This document shows, in pieces, positions 19,096 to 29,151 of a DNA stretch of 64,000 nucleotides. Under the pieces are notes generated by a model. The model was not told the DNA's origin. It ran no database searches and saw only the letters and a program-made list of their open reading frames with translations. This stretch comes from a bacterium (GTDB lineage: Bacteria > Vulcanimicrobiota > JABDET01): NCBI GenBank assembly GCA_021817145.1, contig JAKAVV010000001.1, positions 151,279 through 215,278 of the forward strand, given 5' to 3'. Within the stretch, counting starts at the first letter, position 1. Every line of letters begins with the position of its first letter. Position numbers and translations under genes: made by a program.

Positions 19096-20829
19096 TTATT
19101 CTCCTTCCATGTAAACGACCCTTAGGGTCTCTTCAATACTGGTAACTCCATCCAGAACTTTGCGAATTCCATCGTCTTGAAGCGTTCTCATTCCTTCTTC
19201 TAGAGCAGCTTTTCGGATTTCTGTGGAAGAGGCTTTCTGGAGAGTTAGTCCTCGAATTCGATCCGTCATCACCATGAGCTCATAAATTCCAGATCTTCCT
19301 TTATACCCTGTATTTTTGCAGGCATCGCATCCTCTTCCTTTGTAAAAGTTGATCTCTTCCCCTGCATACATTCCGAGTCCAAATTTGCGGACCGCTTCTT
19401 GCGGCGGAGTGTAAGGTTCTTTGCAATTGGGACAGATCAGTCGCGCTAATCTCTGCGCCTGGATTCCGATTAAAGCAGATGCGATTAAAAAGGGCTCAAT
19501 TCCCATGTCAACCAGACGGTTTATGGCTGATGGGGCATCATTGGTGTGTAAAGTGGAGAGAACCAGGTGTCCTGTTAAAGCTGCTTCAATCGCTATTCTG
19601 GCGGTTTCAGTGTCTCGGATTTCTCCCACCATGATAATGTCAGGGTCCTGCCGCAGAAAAGATCTTAAGGCATTGGCAAAAGAGAGTCCTGCTTTTTCAT
19701 TGACCTGGACTTGATTCACTCCAGGCAGCTGATATTCAACAGGATCTTCAATGGTGATAATATTTTGAACTCCTGTGTTGATTTTATTTAAGCAGGAGTA
19801 AAGAGTGGTGGATTTTCCCGATCCTGTTGGTCCTGTAACTAGAATCATTCCGTAAGGTTTAAGAATCATCCCTTCCAGCTTCTCTTTTATATCGGGATAA
19901 AACCCCAGTTTATCTAATCCCAGCATAACAGAACTTTTGTCTAAAATACGGAGAACCGCTTTTTCCCCATGAACTGTTGGGATGGTGGAAACACGGAGAT
20001 CGAACTCTTTATTATTATGTTTCAAGTGGATTTTTCCGTCCTGTGGAACTCTTCTTTCCGCAATATCCATGCTGGACATGATCTTGATGCGGGAGATCAT
20101 GGGAGCTTGAATATGTTTAGGAGGGGACATCACATCATGTAAAACCCCATCAATTCGATACCGAACACGCACCTGTTTTGCTTCTGGTTCGACATGGATA
20201 TCAGAAGCTTTGTCATTAATCGCTTGGGAGATGATCAAATTGACAACACGGACAATAGGGGCTTCATCAACCAGTTCTTTTAACTTATCGACCGAGATCT
20301 CTTCTTCTTCTTGGACCGCTTCAAGAGCTGAACCAGCATCTGATGCTTCAAGGGTTTTTACGGTTTCTTCGACTTCCGCCAGTTCGGTAACCCCAAAATT
20401 GCGATCAATAATTTTTGTAATGCTTGCTTCTGTTGCAATCATGGGCTGGATGTCAAACCCTGTAATCAATCGAATGTCATCAATGGCAAGCACATTTAAA
20501 GGATCAGCCATGGCAACCGAGAGTTTGCTGCCAATTTGTCCAACAGGGACTACTTTGTAACGTCGGGCAAGATGTTCAGGGATCGTTTTGATGAGCTCGG
20601 GATCGATTTCCTGGACATCGAGATCAACAAAGGCAACCCCCATTTGTTTTCCCATGACTTCTGTAATGTCTTTTTCAGTAACATAATTGAGCTGAACCAG
20701 AATTTTTTCGAGTTTATCCCCTGTTTTTTTCTGCTGGTCAATCGCTTTTTGGAGCTGACGTTCTGTAATTAATTTTTCTTCAATCAGAAGTTCTGACATA
20801 TCTTGTTTTGAAGAAGATTTGGTTATCAT
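19096..20829 (-). CDS. pilB: Type IV pilus assembly ATPase
   Basis: N-terminal domain, ASDIH, GPTGSGKS, LRQDPD and Zn-binding CPNC/CDAC. Confidence 0.95.
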   Translation of the reverse strand: MITKSSSKQDMSELLIEEKLITERQLQKAIDQQKKTGDKLEKILVQLNYVTEKDITEVMGKQMGVAFVDLDVQEIDPELIKTIPEHLARRYKVVPVGQIGSKLSVAMADPLNVLAIDDIRLITGFDIQPMIATEASITKIIDRNFGVTELAEVEETVKTLEASDAGSALEAVQEEEEISVDKLKELVDEAPIVRVVNLIISQAINDKASDIHVEPEAKQVRVRYRIDGVLHDVMSPPKHIQAPMISRIKIMSSMDIAERRVPQDGKIHLKHNNKEFDLRVSTIPTVHGEKAVLRILDKSSVMLGLDKLGFYPDIKEKLEGMILKPYGMILVTGPTGSGKSTTLYSCLNKINTGVQNIITIEDPVEYQLPGVNQVQVNEKAGLSFANALRSFLRQDPDIIMVGEIRDTETARIAIEAALTGHLVLSTLHTNDAPSAINRLVDMGIEPFLIASALIGIQAQRLARLICPNCKEPYTPPQEAVRKFGLGMYAGEEINFYKGRGCDACKNTGYKGRSGIYELMVMTDRIRGLTLQKASSTEIRKAALEEGMRTLQDDGIRKVLDGVTSIEETLRVVYMEGE

Positions 20830-20887
20830 AATGGGCTTTTTTCCTCCTACCCTTTCAGCTGCCAGCAGCGATTTTTTCGCTCATTTT

Positions 20888-20896
20888 ATTATAACA
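20888..20896 (-). promoter_or_regulatory. Extended -10 element upstream of pilB
   Basis: Minus strand TGTTATAAT about 60 nt upstream of the ATG at 20829. Confidence 0.5.
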
Positions 20897-20911
20897 TACC
20901 TTGTTCTAATG

Positions 20912-22081
20912 TCAAGATTCTTTGTTTTGCATCATTTTCGCGCTTTGTGAATATTCTACGGCTTTTTTAGAATTCCCTGATTTTTGATAAAATATGGAAA
21001 GGGTATTGTATAAAGCAAAAGAGTGGGGTGAGTTTCCTTCTAGTTCCAGCAGGACAGGTTTTGCTTCATCCAGATAACCAAGATCCACAGCCAAAATTCC
21101 AAATTGAAGCTTGATATCTGCGTTGTTTGGAAAAGCGGAGACCCCCTTTTTTAAAAGATTGTAAGCTATCTTTTTTTTACCGCTTATAATGAGAGCGTCT
21201 GAAAGCAGGAGGTAGCTTTCCTGATCATAAGGATCTAAATCCAGCGCCTCATAAAAATACTGAACAGCGTCATCGTACTTTGACAGGTGGAGAGCAACTT
21301 TTCCAGCCAGGCTGTAAAGAGGAGAGGAGTCAGGGAATAGATTGATGGCTCCTTGAAACATTTCGAGGGCTTCTGCTGTTTTGAGCTCATTGAGATAAAG
21401 GTATCCTGCAACAAGATAATCTCCAACTGTTCTAAGGGTTAAATTCTCTTCATTCAGGAGTTTTATTAAGTGATTCTGGGTGTTTTTTATGTGCTGCGCG
21501 TATTTTTCTCTTGATAGGGGAAATGGAGCGGCATGATGAGATGTTTCGTATTCCTCAGTATATTTTTTGTGAGCATTCCAAACTTCTGACAATTTGCCTG
21601 GCTCCCAATGAATTTTGCTGTCCCCTGGGAAAAAATGGATGGAACTTTCTCTTTCGCCAAAAGCTGTTATGACCGCGCCTTTTTCAAAAAGAGTGAAGAA
21701 GAGAATTAAAATGTTTCTGGTTGGGAAGATGGTCAGATCAGCGAAACAGGGGGATTTTTCGTGAGTGAAATTCCAGCAGGGAGAGGGCCACAGCTTGAAT
21801 TGTTCTCTGCTGAGTTTCTGTTTTAAAGAAAAACCTAACTGTTCCAGTTCCTTTGAAAAATAATTTAATTTTTCTTCAGAAATGGTTGGAACAGGCAGCG
21901 GAAATTGAATGGTTCCAAGTTTGCTTCGTCGAGCTTTTTTTTGCAGGTAGATGACAGTAAAATAGAAAATTATCCATAAAATAAAAAAACCTCCTGCTGC
22001 AGTGAATATTTTAAGAACCACGACAAGATTTTTGGCAGAGCTTTTCTTTAATCCTGCTCTTGGAAGTGATCCTGCCCCCAT
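20912..22081 (-). CDS. Membrane-anchored TPR-repeat protein (start uncertain)
   Basis: N-terminal hydrophobic helix; C-terminal TPR-like repeats (A..F..A...P, ALDLDP). Confidence 0.8.
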   Translation of the reverse strand: MGAGSLPRAGLKKSSAKNLVVVLKIFTAAGGFFILWIIFYFTVIYLQKKARRSKLGTIQFPLPVPTISEEKLNYFSKELEQLGFSLKQKLSREQFKLWPSPCWNFTHEKSPCFADLTIFPTRNILILFFTLFEKGAVITAFGERESSIHFFPGDSKIHWEPGKLSEVWNAHKKYTEEYETSHHAAPFPLSREKYAQHIKNTQNHLIKLLNEENLTLRTVGDYLVAGYLYLNELKTAEALEMFQGAINLFPDSSPLYSLAGKVALHLSKYDDAVQYFYEALDLDPYDQESYLLLSDALIISGKKKIAYNLLKKGVSAFPNNADIKLQFGILAVDLGYLDEAKPVLLELEGNSPHSFALYNTLSIFYQKSGNSKKAVEYSQSAKMMQNKES

Positions 22082-22194
22082 CTCGAAAGAAAAACTGGCA
22101 GGGATGTCATGTTTTTATTTCGGTTTAAATCGGCAGACAGGGATGGCTGCCAACATCTCGAAAGAAAAACTGGCAGGGATGTCATGTTTTTATT
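22079..22194 (+). repeat. Two identical 41-bp direct repeats separated by 34 bp, forming three CAGGGATG-loop hairpins
   Basis: CATCTCGAAAGAAAAACTGGCAGGGATGTCATGTTTTTATT at 22079-22119 and 22154-22194; the spacer contains GGCAGACAGGGATGGCTGCC. Confidence 0.9.
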
Positions 22195-22209
22195 CGAAAA
22201 AGATAACCC

Positions 22210-23205
22210 ATGGTTACGATTGCTCTCGATGCAATGGGGGGGGATTATGCCCCTTCTGAAATAGTTAGAGGCGCTTTAGAGGCATGTCATCAGGATCGAT
22301 CACTTGAAGTTATTCTCGTGGGAGATGAAAAGCGAATCAAGAGAGATATAAGAAAGCCGCTCCCCAATCTTTCTATTCTTCATACGGATGAAGTGGTTGA
22401 AATGCATGAGTCCCCTTCTCAGGCGCTAAAAAAGAAGAAAAAAGCTTCCATTATTTTAGCTGCTAATTTAGTGAAAAATGGGGAAGCCCAGGCTGTTCTA
22501 TCAGCAGGAAATACAGGGGCTATTTTAGAGACTTCAGTCTTAACTCTTGGGAGATTAAAAGGAATCCGAAGACCTGCGATTGCCACTTCCTGGCCCACTC
22601 ACAAAGGAGTGGCTCTTCTTTTAGATTCTGGGGCGAATGCGAACAATAAACCTGAGCATCTGGTTCAGTTTGCTTTAATGGGATCGGTTTTTGTGGAGAA
22701 GATCCGTGGAATTACTTCTCCTGCGATTGGACTGCTTAATATTGGTGAAGAACCTAATAAGGGACCCTCAGAGATTCAAGAGGCATTTCAGATGCTGCAA
22801 AAGTCTAAATTAAATTTTATCGGAAATGTGGAAACAACAGGATTTTTAGCAGGTGAAGTAGATGTGGCGGTTTGCGATGGATTTGTTGGGAATATGGTGT
22901 TAAAAACCGCGGAAGCTGTTTCAGAGTTCCTCTTTGATGTGATTAAAAAAGAGTTAAGGAGAAGATTCCACACAAAAGTGCTGTCTGGTTTTTTAAAACC
23001 AACATTTCGTTCTATTGGAAAAAGGATTGATTATATTGAATATGGAGCAGCACCTTTTTTAGGAGTGAATGGGATCTGCTTAAAAAGTCATGGCAAATCA
23101 AAAGCAAAAGCGATCAAAAATGCGATTTTTACTGCTGATCAAATGGTCAAAATTAAAATTTTAGAAGAAATGAGCACCCTTGTTGAAGAAGTCAAGGTTG
23201 AATGA
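22210..23205 (+). CDS. plsX: Phosphate acyltransferase
   Basis: DAMGGDYAP, SAGNTGA, CDGFVGN and KSHG. Confidence 0.96.
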   Translation: MVTIALDAMGGDYAPSEIVRGALEACHQDRSLEVILVGDEKRIKRDIRKPLPNLSILHTDEVVEMHESPSQALKKKKKASIILAANLVKNGEAQAVLSAGNTGAILETSVLTLGRLKGIRRPAIATSWPTHKGVALLLDSGANANNKPEHLVQFALMGSVFVEKIRGITSPAIGLLNIGEEPNKGPSEIQEAFQMLQKSKLNFIGNVETTGFLAGEVDVAVCDGFVGNMVLKTAEAVSEFLFDVIKKELRRRFHTKVLSGFLKPTFRSIGKRIDYIEYGAAPFLGVNGICLKSHGKSKAKAIKNAIFTADQMVKIKILEEMSTLVEEVKVE

Positions 23206-25547
23206 CTTTAGAAGATCTGCTGCCCCCTCTTGACAAAGAAATAAAAACAGGGTGTCTTAATTCAAGCGCTTTTGGTGGGTTCCACCGCTATTTTTTGACC
23301 TCTCTTGAAGAGTGTCATGCTCCATCGGATCGATCAGAACAGAATATTGAGAAAAGTTTATTGGCAGAGTTAAAAAGATTATTCCAGGACTACGAGGATC
23401 GCCCAAGACAGGTCAGGAAAGAGCGCATTGAACAGGCTAAACAATTAATTCAAAGCGCTGGGAAAAAGGAGAACTCTTTAAAAAAGCTTGATCCTCTTGG
23501 ATTTTCTGTTCAATATGTAAAAGGGGTTGGCCCTCAGTTAGCTCAGAAATTTCAGAAACTCGGAATCAGCACAGTTCGAGATCTATTGACCCATTTTCCT
23601 AAACGGCATGAAGATCGAAGACAATTGATGACTCTTCGAGATTCTCCCTGGGGAACTATGCAGACAATTCGCGGGAAAATAGGGAAATCCAGTGAATTTA
23701 AACCGAGAAGAGGGCTTTCTATTACAAAGATTTCGATCAGTGATGGAACTGCGGTCGCTTATTTAATTTGGTACAACCAGCCTTATATGAAGATCTCTTT
23801 GAAACCTGGGTTAGAAGTGATTGCTTATGGGAAATTGGAAAGAAAATTTGGGGAACTTCAAATGACAAATCCTGAGGTTGAAGTTCTTATTCCGGATCAG
23901 GAAATAACTCTGCATACGAATCGGATTACTCCTATTTACGCTGCTGCTGAATCACTTTCTCAGGTCCTTTTAAGAAAAATTATCTATTCTGCCCTTGAAA
24001 AACATGAAAAGGATTGGCAGGAAATCTTTTCCGAAGGCATTCGGGAGAGATATGGGTTAATGGGAATAAGGGAAAGTTTGAGGGGAATTCATTTTCCAGA
24101 AGAGTGGGGAGAGTTTAAAAAAGCTCGCAGCAGACTGGTTTTTGAGGAGTTTTTTATTTTTCAACTGTATCTTGCTTTGAAGAAAAGGGGGGATGAAGCT
24201 CAAAAAGGGATCTCTTTTCCAGTAAATGATGAGATTTTAAATGAGTTCCAGACTCAACTTCCTTTTCCTCTGACCAGCGCGCAGAAAAGAGTTGGTTTAG
24301 AGATTGTTAGAAATATGCGGGATATGAAATCTATGCATCGCTTGATTCAAGGGGATGTGGGATCAGGGAAAACGGTTCTCGCCGCTTTTGCCGCTCTGTG
24401 CGCTGTTCGTTCAGGGTACCAAGCTGCCTATATGGCGCCAACCGAGATTTTGGCTGAGCAGCATGCAAACAGTTTGAACAAGATTTTATCCCCTTTTAAG
24501 ATTCCTGTTTTTAAACTGCTAGGGGACCAGACGAAATCAGAGAAAGAGTATGTTCTGCGATCCCTGCAGATTGGAACAGCTCAGTGTGTTGTAGGAACTC
24601 ATGCTCTTGTTCAAGAGGACGTTTTTTTTCAAAAATTAGGGATTTGCATTATTGATGAACAGCATAAATTCGGCGTTCTGCAGAGAACAGTTTTAAAGAA
24701 AAAAGGGGATAATCCTGATATTCTGGTGATGACAGCCACTCCTATTCCAAGAACTCTTGCCATGACTTTGTATGGAGATTTGGATGTTTCTGTTCTGGAT
24801 GAAATGCCTCCTGGGAGGAAACCGGTTAAAACCGCCTGGATTCCTTTGGATCAGGAGCAAAAAGTTTGGAATTTTGCTTGCAAGGAGATAGGGAAAGGGA
24901 ATCAAGTGTTTATTGTTTGCCCTTTAATTGAAGAATCAGAAAAATTATCGCTGTCTTCAGCTGTAAAAGAATCAGAACGTTTAAAAAATGAAGTTTTTCG
25001 CGATATTCCAGTTGGTCTTCTGCATGGCAGACTGAATTCTGAAGAAAAAGAACAGATGATGGAAAAATTCAGAGAGAAAAAATTAGCGGCTTTAATCGCG
25101 ACAACAGTGATTGAAGTTGGGGTTGATATTCCGGATGCTACCCTTATTATTATTGAAAATGCGGAACGATTTGGGTTAAGCCAACTCCATCAGTTAAGAG
25201 GTCGAGTTGGGAGAAGCCATCATCAATCGTACTGTATCCTTCTGGCTGATGCTAAAACTGAAGATATTCGGGAGAGACTTGAAATCTTCTGCCAATCCCA
25301 GGATGGTTTTGCTATCGCGGAAGCGGATTTAAGACTTCGAGGACCAGGAGAATTTTTTGGGACAAGACAGCATGGAGTTCCTGACTTCAAAATCGCTGAT
25401 TTAATTCGAGATCTTCCAATTTTAGAGGAGACGAGAAAATTGGCTTTTGAAACGGTTCAGGAAGATCCCAATTTGACTCGTCCAGAACATCGCCTTTTGC
25501 GTGAGAAGATAGAGGAGAAGTTTGGCGGAAAAATTGAACTGATATGA
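23202..25547 (+). CDS. recG: ATP-dependent DNA helicase RecG
   Basis: QGDVGSGKT, DEQH, TATPIPRT and QLRGRVGR; wedge domain and an N-terminal extension. Confidence 0.97.
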   Translation: MTLEDLLPPLDKEIKTGCLNSSAFGGFHRYFLTSLEECHAPSDRSEQNIEKSLLAELKRLFQDYEDRPRQVRKERIEQAKQLIQSAGKKENSLKKLDPLGFSVQYVKGVGPQLAQKFQKLGISTVRDLLTHFPKRHEDRRQLMTLRDSPWGTMQTIRGKIGKSSEFKPRRGLSITKISISDGTAVAYLIWYNQPYMKISLKPGLEVIAYGKLERKFGELQMTNPEVEVLIPDQEITLHTNRITPIYAAAESLSQVLLRKIIYSALEKHEKDWQEIFSEGIRERYGLMGIRESLRGIHFPEEWGEFKKARSRLVFEEFFIFQLYLALKKRGDEAQKGISFPVNDEILNEFQTQLPFPLTSAQKRVGLEIVRNMRDMKSMHRLIQGDVGSGKTVLAAFAALCAVRSGYQAAYMAPTEILAEQHANSLNKILSPFKIPVFKLLGDQTKSEKEYVLRSLQIGTAQCVVGTHALVQEDVFFQKLGICIIDEQHKFGVLQRTVLKKKGDNPDILVMTATPIPRTLAMTLYGDLDVSVLDEMPPGRKPVKTAWIPLDQEQKVWNFACKEIGKGNQVFIVCPLIEESEKLSLSSAVKESERLKNEVFRDIPVGLLHGRLNSEEKEQMMEKFREKKLAALIATTVIEVGVDIPDATLIIIENAERFGLSQLHQLRGRVGRSHHQSYCILLADAKTEDIRERLEIFCQSQDGFAIAEADLRLRGPGEFFGTRQHGVPDFKIADLIRDLPILEETRKLAFETVQEDPNLTRPEHRLLREKIEEKFGGKIELI

Positions 25548-26089
25548 TTCGAATTACAGGAGGGGAGTTTCGCGGCAGAAAAATTAAAAGCCCTCCTGGC
25601 AGTTTTTCTCGTCCCACCATTGATAGGGTAAGGAAAGCGCTGTTTGACATTTTGCAAGATTCTATTTTGGGGTCTGTTTTTTTAGACCTCTATTCAGGGG
25701 TTGGTCTGGTTGGCATTGAAGCTTTGAGCAGAGGAGCAGATAAAGTTATTTTTGTGGAAAAAGATCAAAACCTTGTTCGAGTTTTAAAAGAGAATCTGAG
25801 ACTGCTGAATATCCATGATAAAGGGGTTGTTTTTAATGCTGATGCAGCAGCAGCCCTTCCCCAAGCGATCCGCTTCAAGCCTGATATTATTTTTTTAGAC
25901 CCTCCATACTCAGAAGGGGATATTCCTAAAATTTTAGGACGATTAAGCCTTGTTGATTTAAAAGAAAACTGCCTTGCTGCAGCTCAACATTCTGTTAAAG
26001 AAAAAGTTTTAGATCATTACGGAATATTGAAATTAAAGAGACAAGAGCGGTACGGAGAAACCATGCTTTCATTTTTTAGAATCAGGTGA
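25544..26089 (+). CDS. rsmD: 16S rRNA (guanine(966)-N2)-methyltransferase
   Basis: RITGGEFRGR, EALSRGA and DPPY. Confidence 0.94.
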   Translation: MIRITGGEFRGRKIKSPPGSFSRPTIDRVRKALFDILQDSILGSVFLDLYSGVGLVGIEALSRGADKVIFVEKDQNLVRVLKENLRLLNIHDKGVVFNADAAAALPQAIRFKPDIIFLDPPYSEGDIPKILGRLSLVDLKENCLAAAQHSVKEKVLDHYGILKLKRQERYGETMLSFFRIR

Positions 26090-26090
26090 A

Positions 26091-26204
26091 TTTTTTATCA
26101 CCAGCGATTATGTTCTTGATGAAAGTTATACGATCATACGATTTCGCGCCAGTCATTCAATAGCTGTTCAGTTCGGCGAAGATGTGCAAATACGGAAAGT
26201 TTGA
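26091..26204 (+). pseudogene. Internal fragment of a PIN-domain (VapC-like) toxin
   Basis: Translates as FFITSDYVLDESYTIIRFRASHSIAVQFGEDVQIRKV*, matching the T(S/T)DYVLDE..T..R.R..H..A..FGE pattern of PIN proteins; no N-terminal acidic motif. Confidence 0.6.
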
Positions 26205-26206
26205 AG

Positions 26207-26965
26207 TCATGCCTCAATGAGCAGTCTCAGTCCATCCAGTAAGAGATTAGGATCGACTTTTTGAATTTTATGGGTCCCGCTTGAAATTAAGTGAGATAGT
26301 CCGCCTGTTGCAATGACTTTTGTTTTTGCTCCTAATTCTTCTTTGATTAACTGGATGATTTTTTCCGCTTGTCCGATGAAACCATAAAACAGCCCTGACT
26401 GCATGCAGTGAATCGTATTTTTTCCAATAGGTGAGGGGGGTTTTTCAATTTGAATTCGAGGGAGTCGAGCAGCTTTTGAAAAAAGAGCTTCTGCCGAAAT
26501 TCCGATTCCAGGAGCGATAGAGGTTCCTAAAAATTCTCCGCTTTTTGAGACTGCGCTGAAAGTTGTGGCTGTTCCAAAATCCACAATAATCACAGGGCCT
26601 CCATATTGTTTAAAAGCGCTGTAAGCCCCTACCAGAAGATCGGCGCCGACCTCTTCAGGATGGTCAGTTGAAACTTTCAATGGGATTTTTAAGGATTCAC
26701 CGGCAAAAAGGGGAGGGGAGTGAAAGTAAGTTTTTCCCATTTCTTTAAAAGGGAAATTTAAAGGAGGAACAACACTTGAAATGGCGAGACGATTAATTTT
26801 TTTTTCGTTAATCCCAAACTCTCGGAGGAAAAGGATGGCTTCAAGCCCCCATTCATCCCCTGTTTTATCTCGAACAGTGGCTGTTCTCCAGGAAGCTGTC
26901 AGTTTTTCTCCTTCAAACACCCCCCATCCAATATTTGTGTTCCCTATATCAATGCAGAATAACAT
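26207..26965 (-). CDS. coaX: Type III pantothenate kinase
   Basis: DIGNTN, SSVVP, VGAD, VDFGTATT and ATGG. Confidence 0.95.
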   Translation of the reverse strand: MLFCIDIGNTNIGWGVFEGEKLTASWRTATVRDKTGDEWGLEAILFLREFGINEKKINRLAISSVVPPLNFPFKEMGKTYFHSPPLFAGESLKIPLKVSTDHPEEVGADLLVGAYSAFKQYGGPVIIVDFGTATTFSAVSKSGEFLGTSIAPGIGISAEALFSKAARLPRIQIEKPPSPIGKNTIHCMQSGLFYGFIGQAEKIIQLIKEELGAKTKVIATGGLSHLISSGTHKIQKVDPNLLLDGLRLLIEA

Positions 26966-27002
26966 AAAGTTCAGCTCTCACTTTTTTAAACTCTTTTTCA
27001 GC

Positions 27003-27926
27003 TTAAAGTTCATATTCATAATGGAGTAAATTAGCGTTATTCTGCAGCAAACCCTGTCGAGCTTTATCTTTCTGTTTTAAGAAAGTGTCAAAGAACAAAA
27101 GAGAATAGCCTAAAATAGTTTGCGCTTTCGGATTCTTCATCTGGCATGTTGAAAGGTTCCTATAAAAAAGGCAGGTCCAGTCTGTAAAAGTAAAGTGGTT
27201 CCCATTCTTAATCATTAAAAAGAATTTCGGCGGGTTGGTTTGATCATAAGCTGTTTTTCTGGGAAGTTTTTTTTCTCTTAGAATAAATCTCAAGAATGAC
27301 TTTAGGTTGTCCTGATCCATTTCCCCTACCATGTGCATTTGTGGAATATGGATTCTTTTAAAGTCATTTGGTGTATAATCTTTGATAAAAGGGGCTAAAA
27401 AAAGTCCTGCTTTGATTCGATGGTCTGAATAATTTTGGCTGCCTCCGCTTATTCCAACAGCGGTCCATCCTCCTAAAGAATGACCTGCAGTCCCAATCGC
27501 ATTTTCAGAGATTAAGCCGAACAGTTCGGAGCGTGGATTTTGATTTAGTTCCAGCAGTTCATCTAAAGCTGCTTTCATATCTTTTAATCTTTCTTCAGCA
27601 AATGCGGAGATTGGTTTTTTGACATTAAAAAATTTGATCGGTTGATAAGGGTTGTAAAATAATCCATCGGTATGTTCAGGGGCTGCCACAATGTACCCAT
27701 TTTTTGTTAGAAAATGGGTTAAAAATAAAGATTGGGAAGCTGCCCCTAAATATCCATGTGAAAAAAGGATCAAAGGATAGGAGTGCAGCAGCTTAATTTG
27801 AGAGCTGACAGAGTTTTCTTTTTTTAAAGGAATCCATAGTTTAAGGGTTAAGAATTTCGCTTCATTAGGATTAAGCTGGTATTGAAAAGTATGAGTGATT
27901 TCTTTAAGGGAATAAGGGAACTCCAT
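27003..27926 (-). CDS. Alpha/beta hydrolase (dienelactone hydrolase/PAF-acetylhydrolase-like)
   Basis: PLILFSHG, GHSLGG nucleophile elbow and NHFTF His motif. Confidence 0.85.
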   Translation of the reverse strand: MEFPYSLKEITHTFQYQLNPNEAKFLTLKLWIPLKKENSVSSQIKLLHSYPLILFSHGYLGAASQSLFLTHFLTKNGYIVAAPEHTDGLFYNPYQPIKFFNVKKPISAFAEERLKDMKAALDELLELNQNPRSELFGLISENAIGTAGHSLGGWTAVGISGGSQNYSDHRIKAGLFLAPFIKDYTPNDFKRIHIPQMHMVGEMDQDNLKSFLRFILREKKLPRKTAYDQTNPPKFFLMIKNGNHFTFTDWTCLFYRNLSTCQMKNPKAQTILGYSLLFFDTFLKQKDKARQGLLQNNANLLHYEYEL

Positions 27927-27936
27927 GGTTCAGTTT

Positions 27937-29142
27937 TTAGAAATTTGAAATGTTTTTCAAACTATTTTCCACTTCTTTTAGAATAAGGTGAGCCAGATTC
28001 AATTTGCTCGTTTTCTGAAAGGGTTTTATCTCTCCATTTTTAGAAAGAAGGGCTGCTTCATTCTCATCAGACCCCAAAGGGTTTTCCCCATTCGTATGGA
28101 TTTGATTGGCTATAATGAAATCCAAGTTTTTTTCTTTTAATTTTTTTTTGGCGTTTTCTTCTAAATTTTCAGTTTCTAAAGCAAATCCTATCACGATTTG
28201 TTCTTTTTTCACTTTTGAAATAGAAGATAAAATATCAGGAGTTGGGATAAGTTCGATTATTTTGTTCTCTCCTGATTTCTTTTCTTTTGCAGGGTGATAC
28301 TTTTTAGGTTTCCAGTCACTCACTGCTGCAGCGGAAATAAAGAGATCGCATTCAGGGAAATGAGTTTTGACTGCTTCCAGCATTTCATCCGCTGTTTTGA
28401 CTTTGATGAAATTTGCTCCATAAGGAGGGATCAACTCAACAGGTCCGCTGATAAGGGTGACTTCTGCTCCAAATTTGGCGGCTGCTTTTGCTAGAGCATA
28501 CCCCATTTTCCCGCTGGAGGGATTGCTTAAAAACCGGACAGGATCAAAATGCTCTTGAGTCGGTCCTGCTGTGATTAAGATTTTTTTTCCCGTATAGATC
28601 TGCTCAGTATCCATAAGGATTTGAATTTCAACTAAAATTCTTTCGGGTTCTTCCATTCTTCCTATTCCTTCATATCCACAGGCTAACCCCCCTGATGATG
28701 GTCCGATGATTTCAATTCCTCGATTTTTTAAAATTTTGATATTTTCTTGTGTGGCTTGGTTTTCCCACATAAAAAGATTCATGGCAGGGCAAACACAAAT
28801 CTGTTTTTGGGAGGCAAGAACAAGAGTGGTTAACAGATCATCTCCTATTCCATGAGCGATCTTGGCGATGATGTTAGCGGTTGCAGGGGCGATCAAGATT
28901 ATATCCGCGGTTTCAGCAAGAGCAATGTGCTGGATCTCCCCTGATTCAGAACCCTCGAAGTTTCCAGTTAATACTGGATTTCCTGAAAGAGTGGCAAAAG
29001 TCAAAGGAGTTATGAATTGTTTTGCATGATCTGTTAAAACACAGTGTACTTTATACCCTGCTTTTGTTAAAAGACGAGTCAGTTCTGCGGATTTGTAAGC
29101 TGCAATCCCTCCAGTCACTCCTAAAATGATCTTTTTATTCAT
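27937..29142 (-). CDS. coaBC: Phosphopantothenoylcysteine decarboxylase/ligase
   Basis: GVTGGIAAYK, PAMN, DPVRFLSNPSSGKMG and GFALET. Confidence 0.97.
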   Translation of the reverse strand: MNKKIILGVTGGIAAYKSAELTRLLTKAGYKVHCVLTDHAKQFITPLTFATLSGNPVLTGNFEGSESGEIQHIALAETADIILIAPATANIIAKIAHGIGDDLLTTLVLASQKQICVCPAMNLFMWENQATQENIKILKNRGIEIIGPSSGGLACGYEGIGRMEEPERILVEIQILMDTEQIYTGKKILITAGPTQEHFDPVRFLSNPSSGKMGYALAKAAAKFGAEVTLISGPVELIPPYGANFIKVKTADEMLEAVKTHFPECDLFISAAAVSDWKPKKYHPAKEKKSGENKIIELIPTPDILSSISKVKKEQIVIGFALETENLEENAKKKLKEKNLDFIIANQIHTNGENPLGSDENEAALLSKNGEIKPFQKTSKLNLAHLILKEVENSLKNISNF

Positions 29143-29151
29143 TTATTCCCT

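Noticed and set aside
15476-20772. Multiple plus-strand ORFs of 60-116 aa within the pil genes
   Set aside because: Antisense shadows of well-conserved pilB, pilT and pilC genes.
22079-22194. Possible mini CRISPR array (41-bp repeats, 34-bp spacer)
   Set aside because: Only two repeats, no cas genes in the window, and the spacer shares the CAGGGATG hairpin motif with the repeats.
23202-23490. RecG N-terminal extension as a novel domain
   Set aside because: N-terminal helical extensions occur in RecG from several lineages; nothing here supports novelty without a search.
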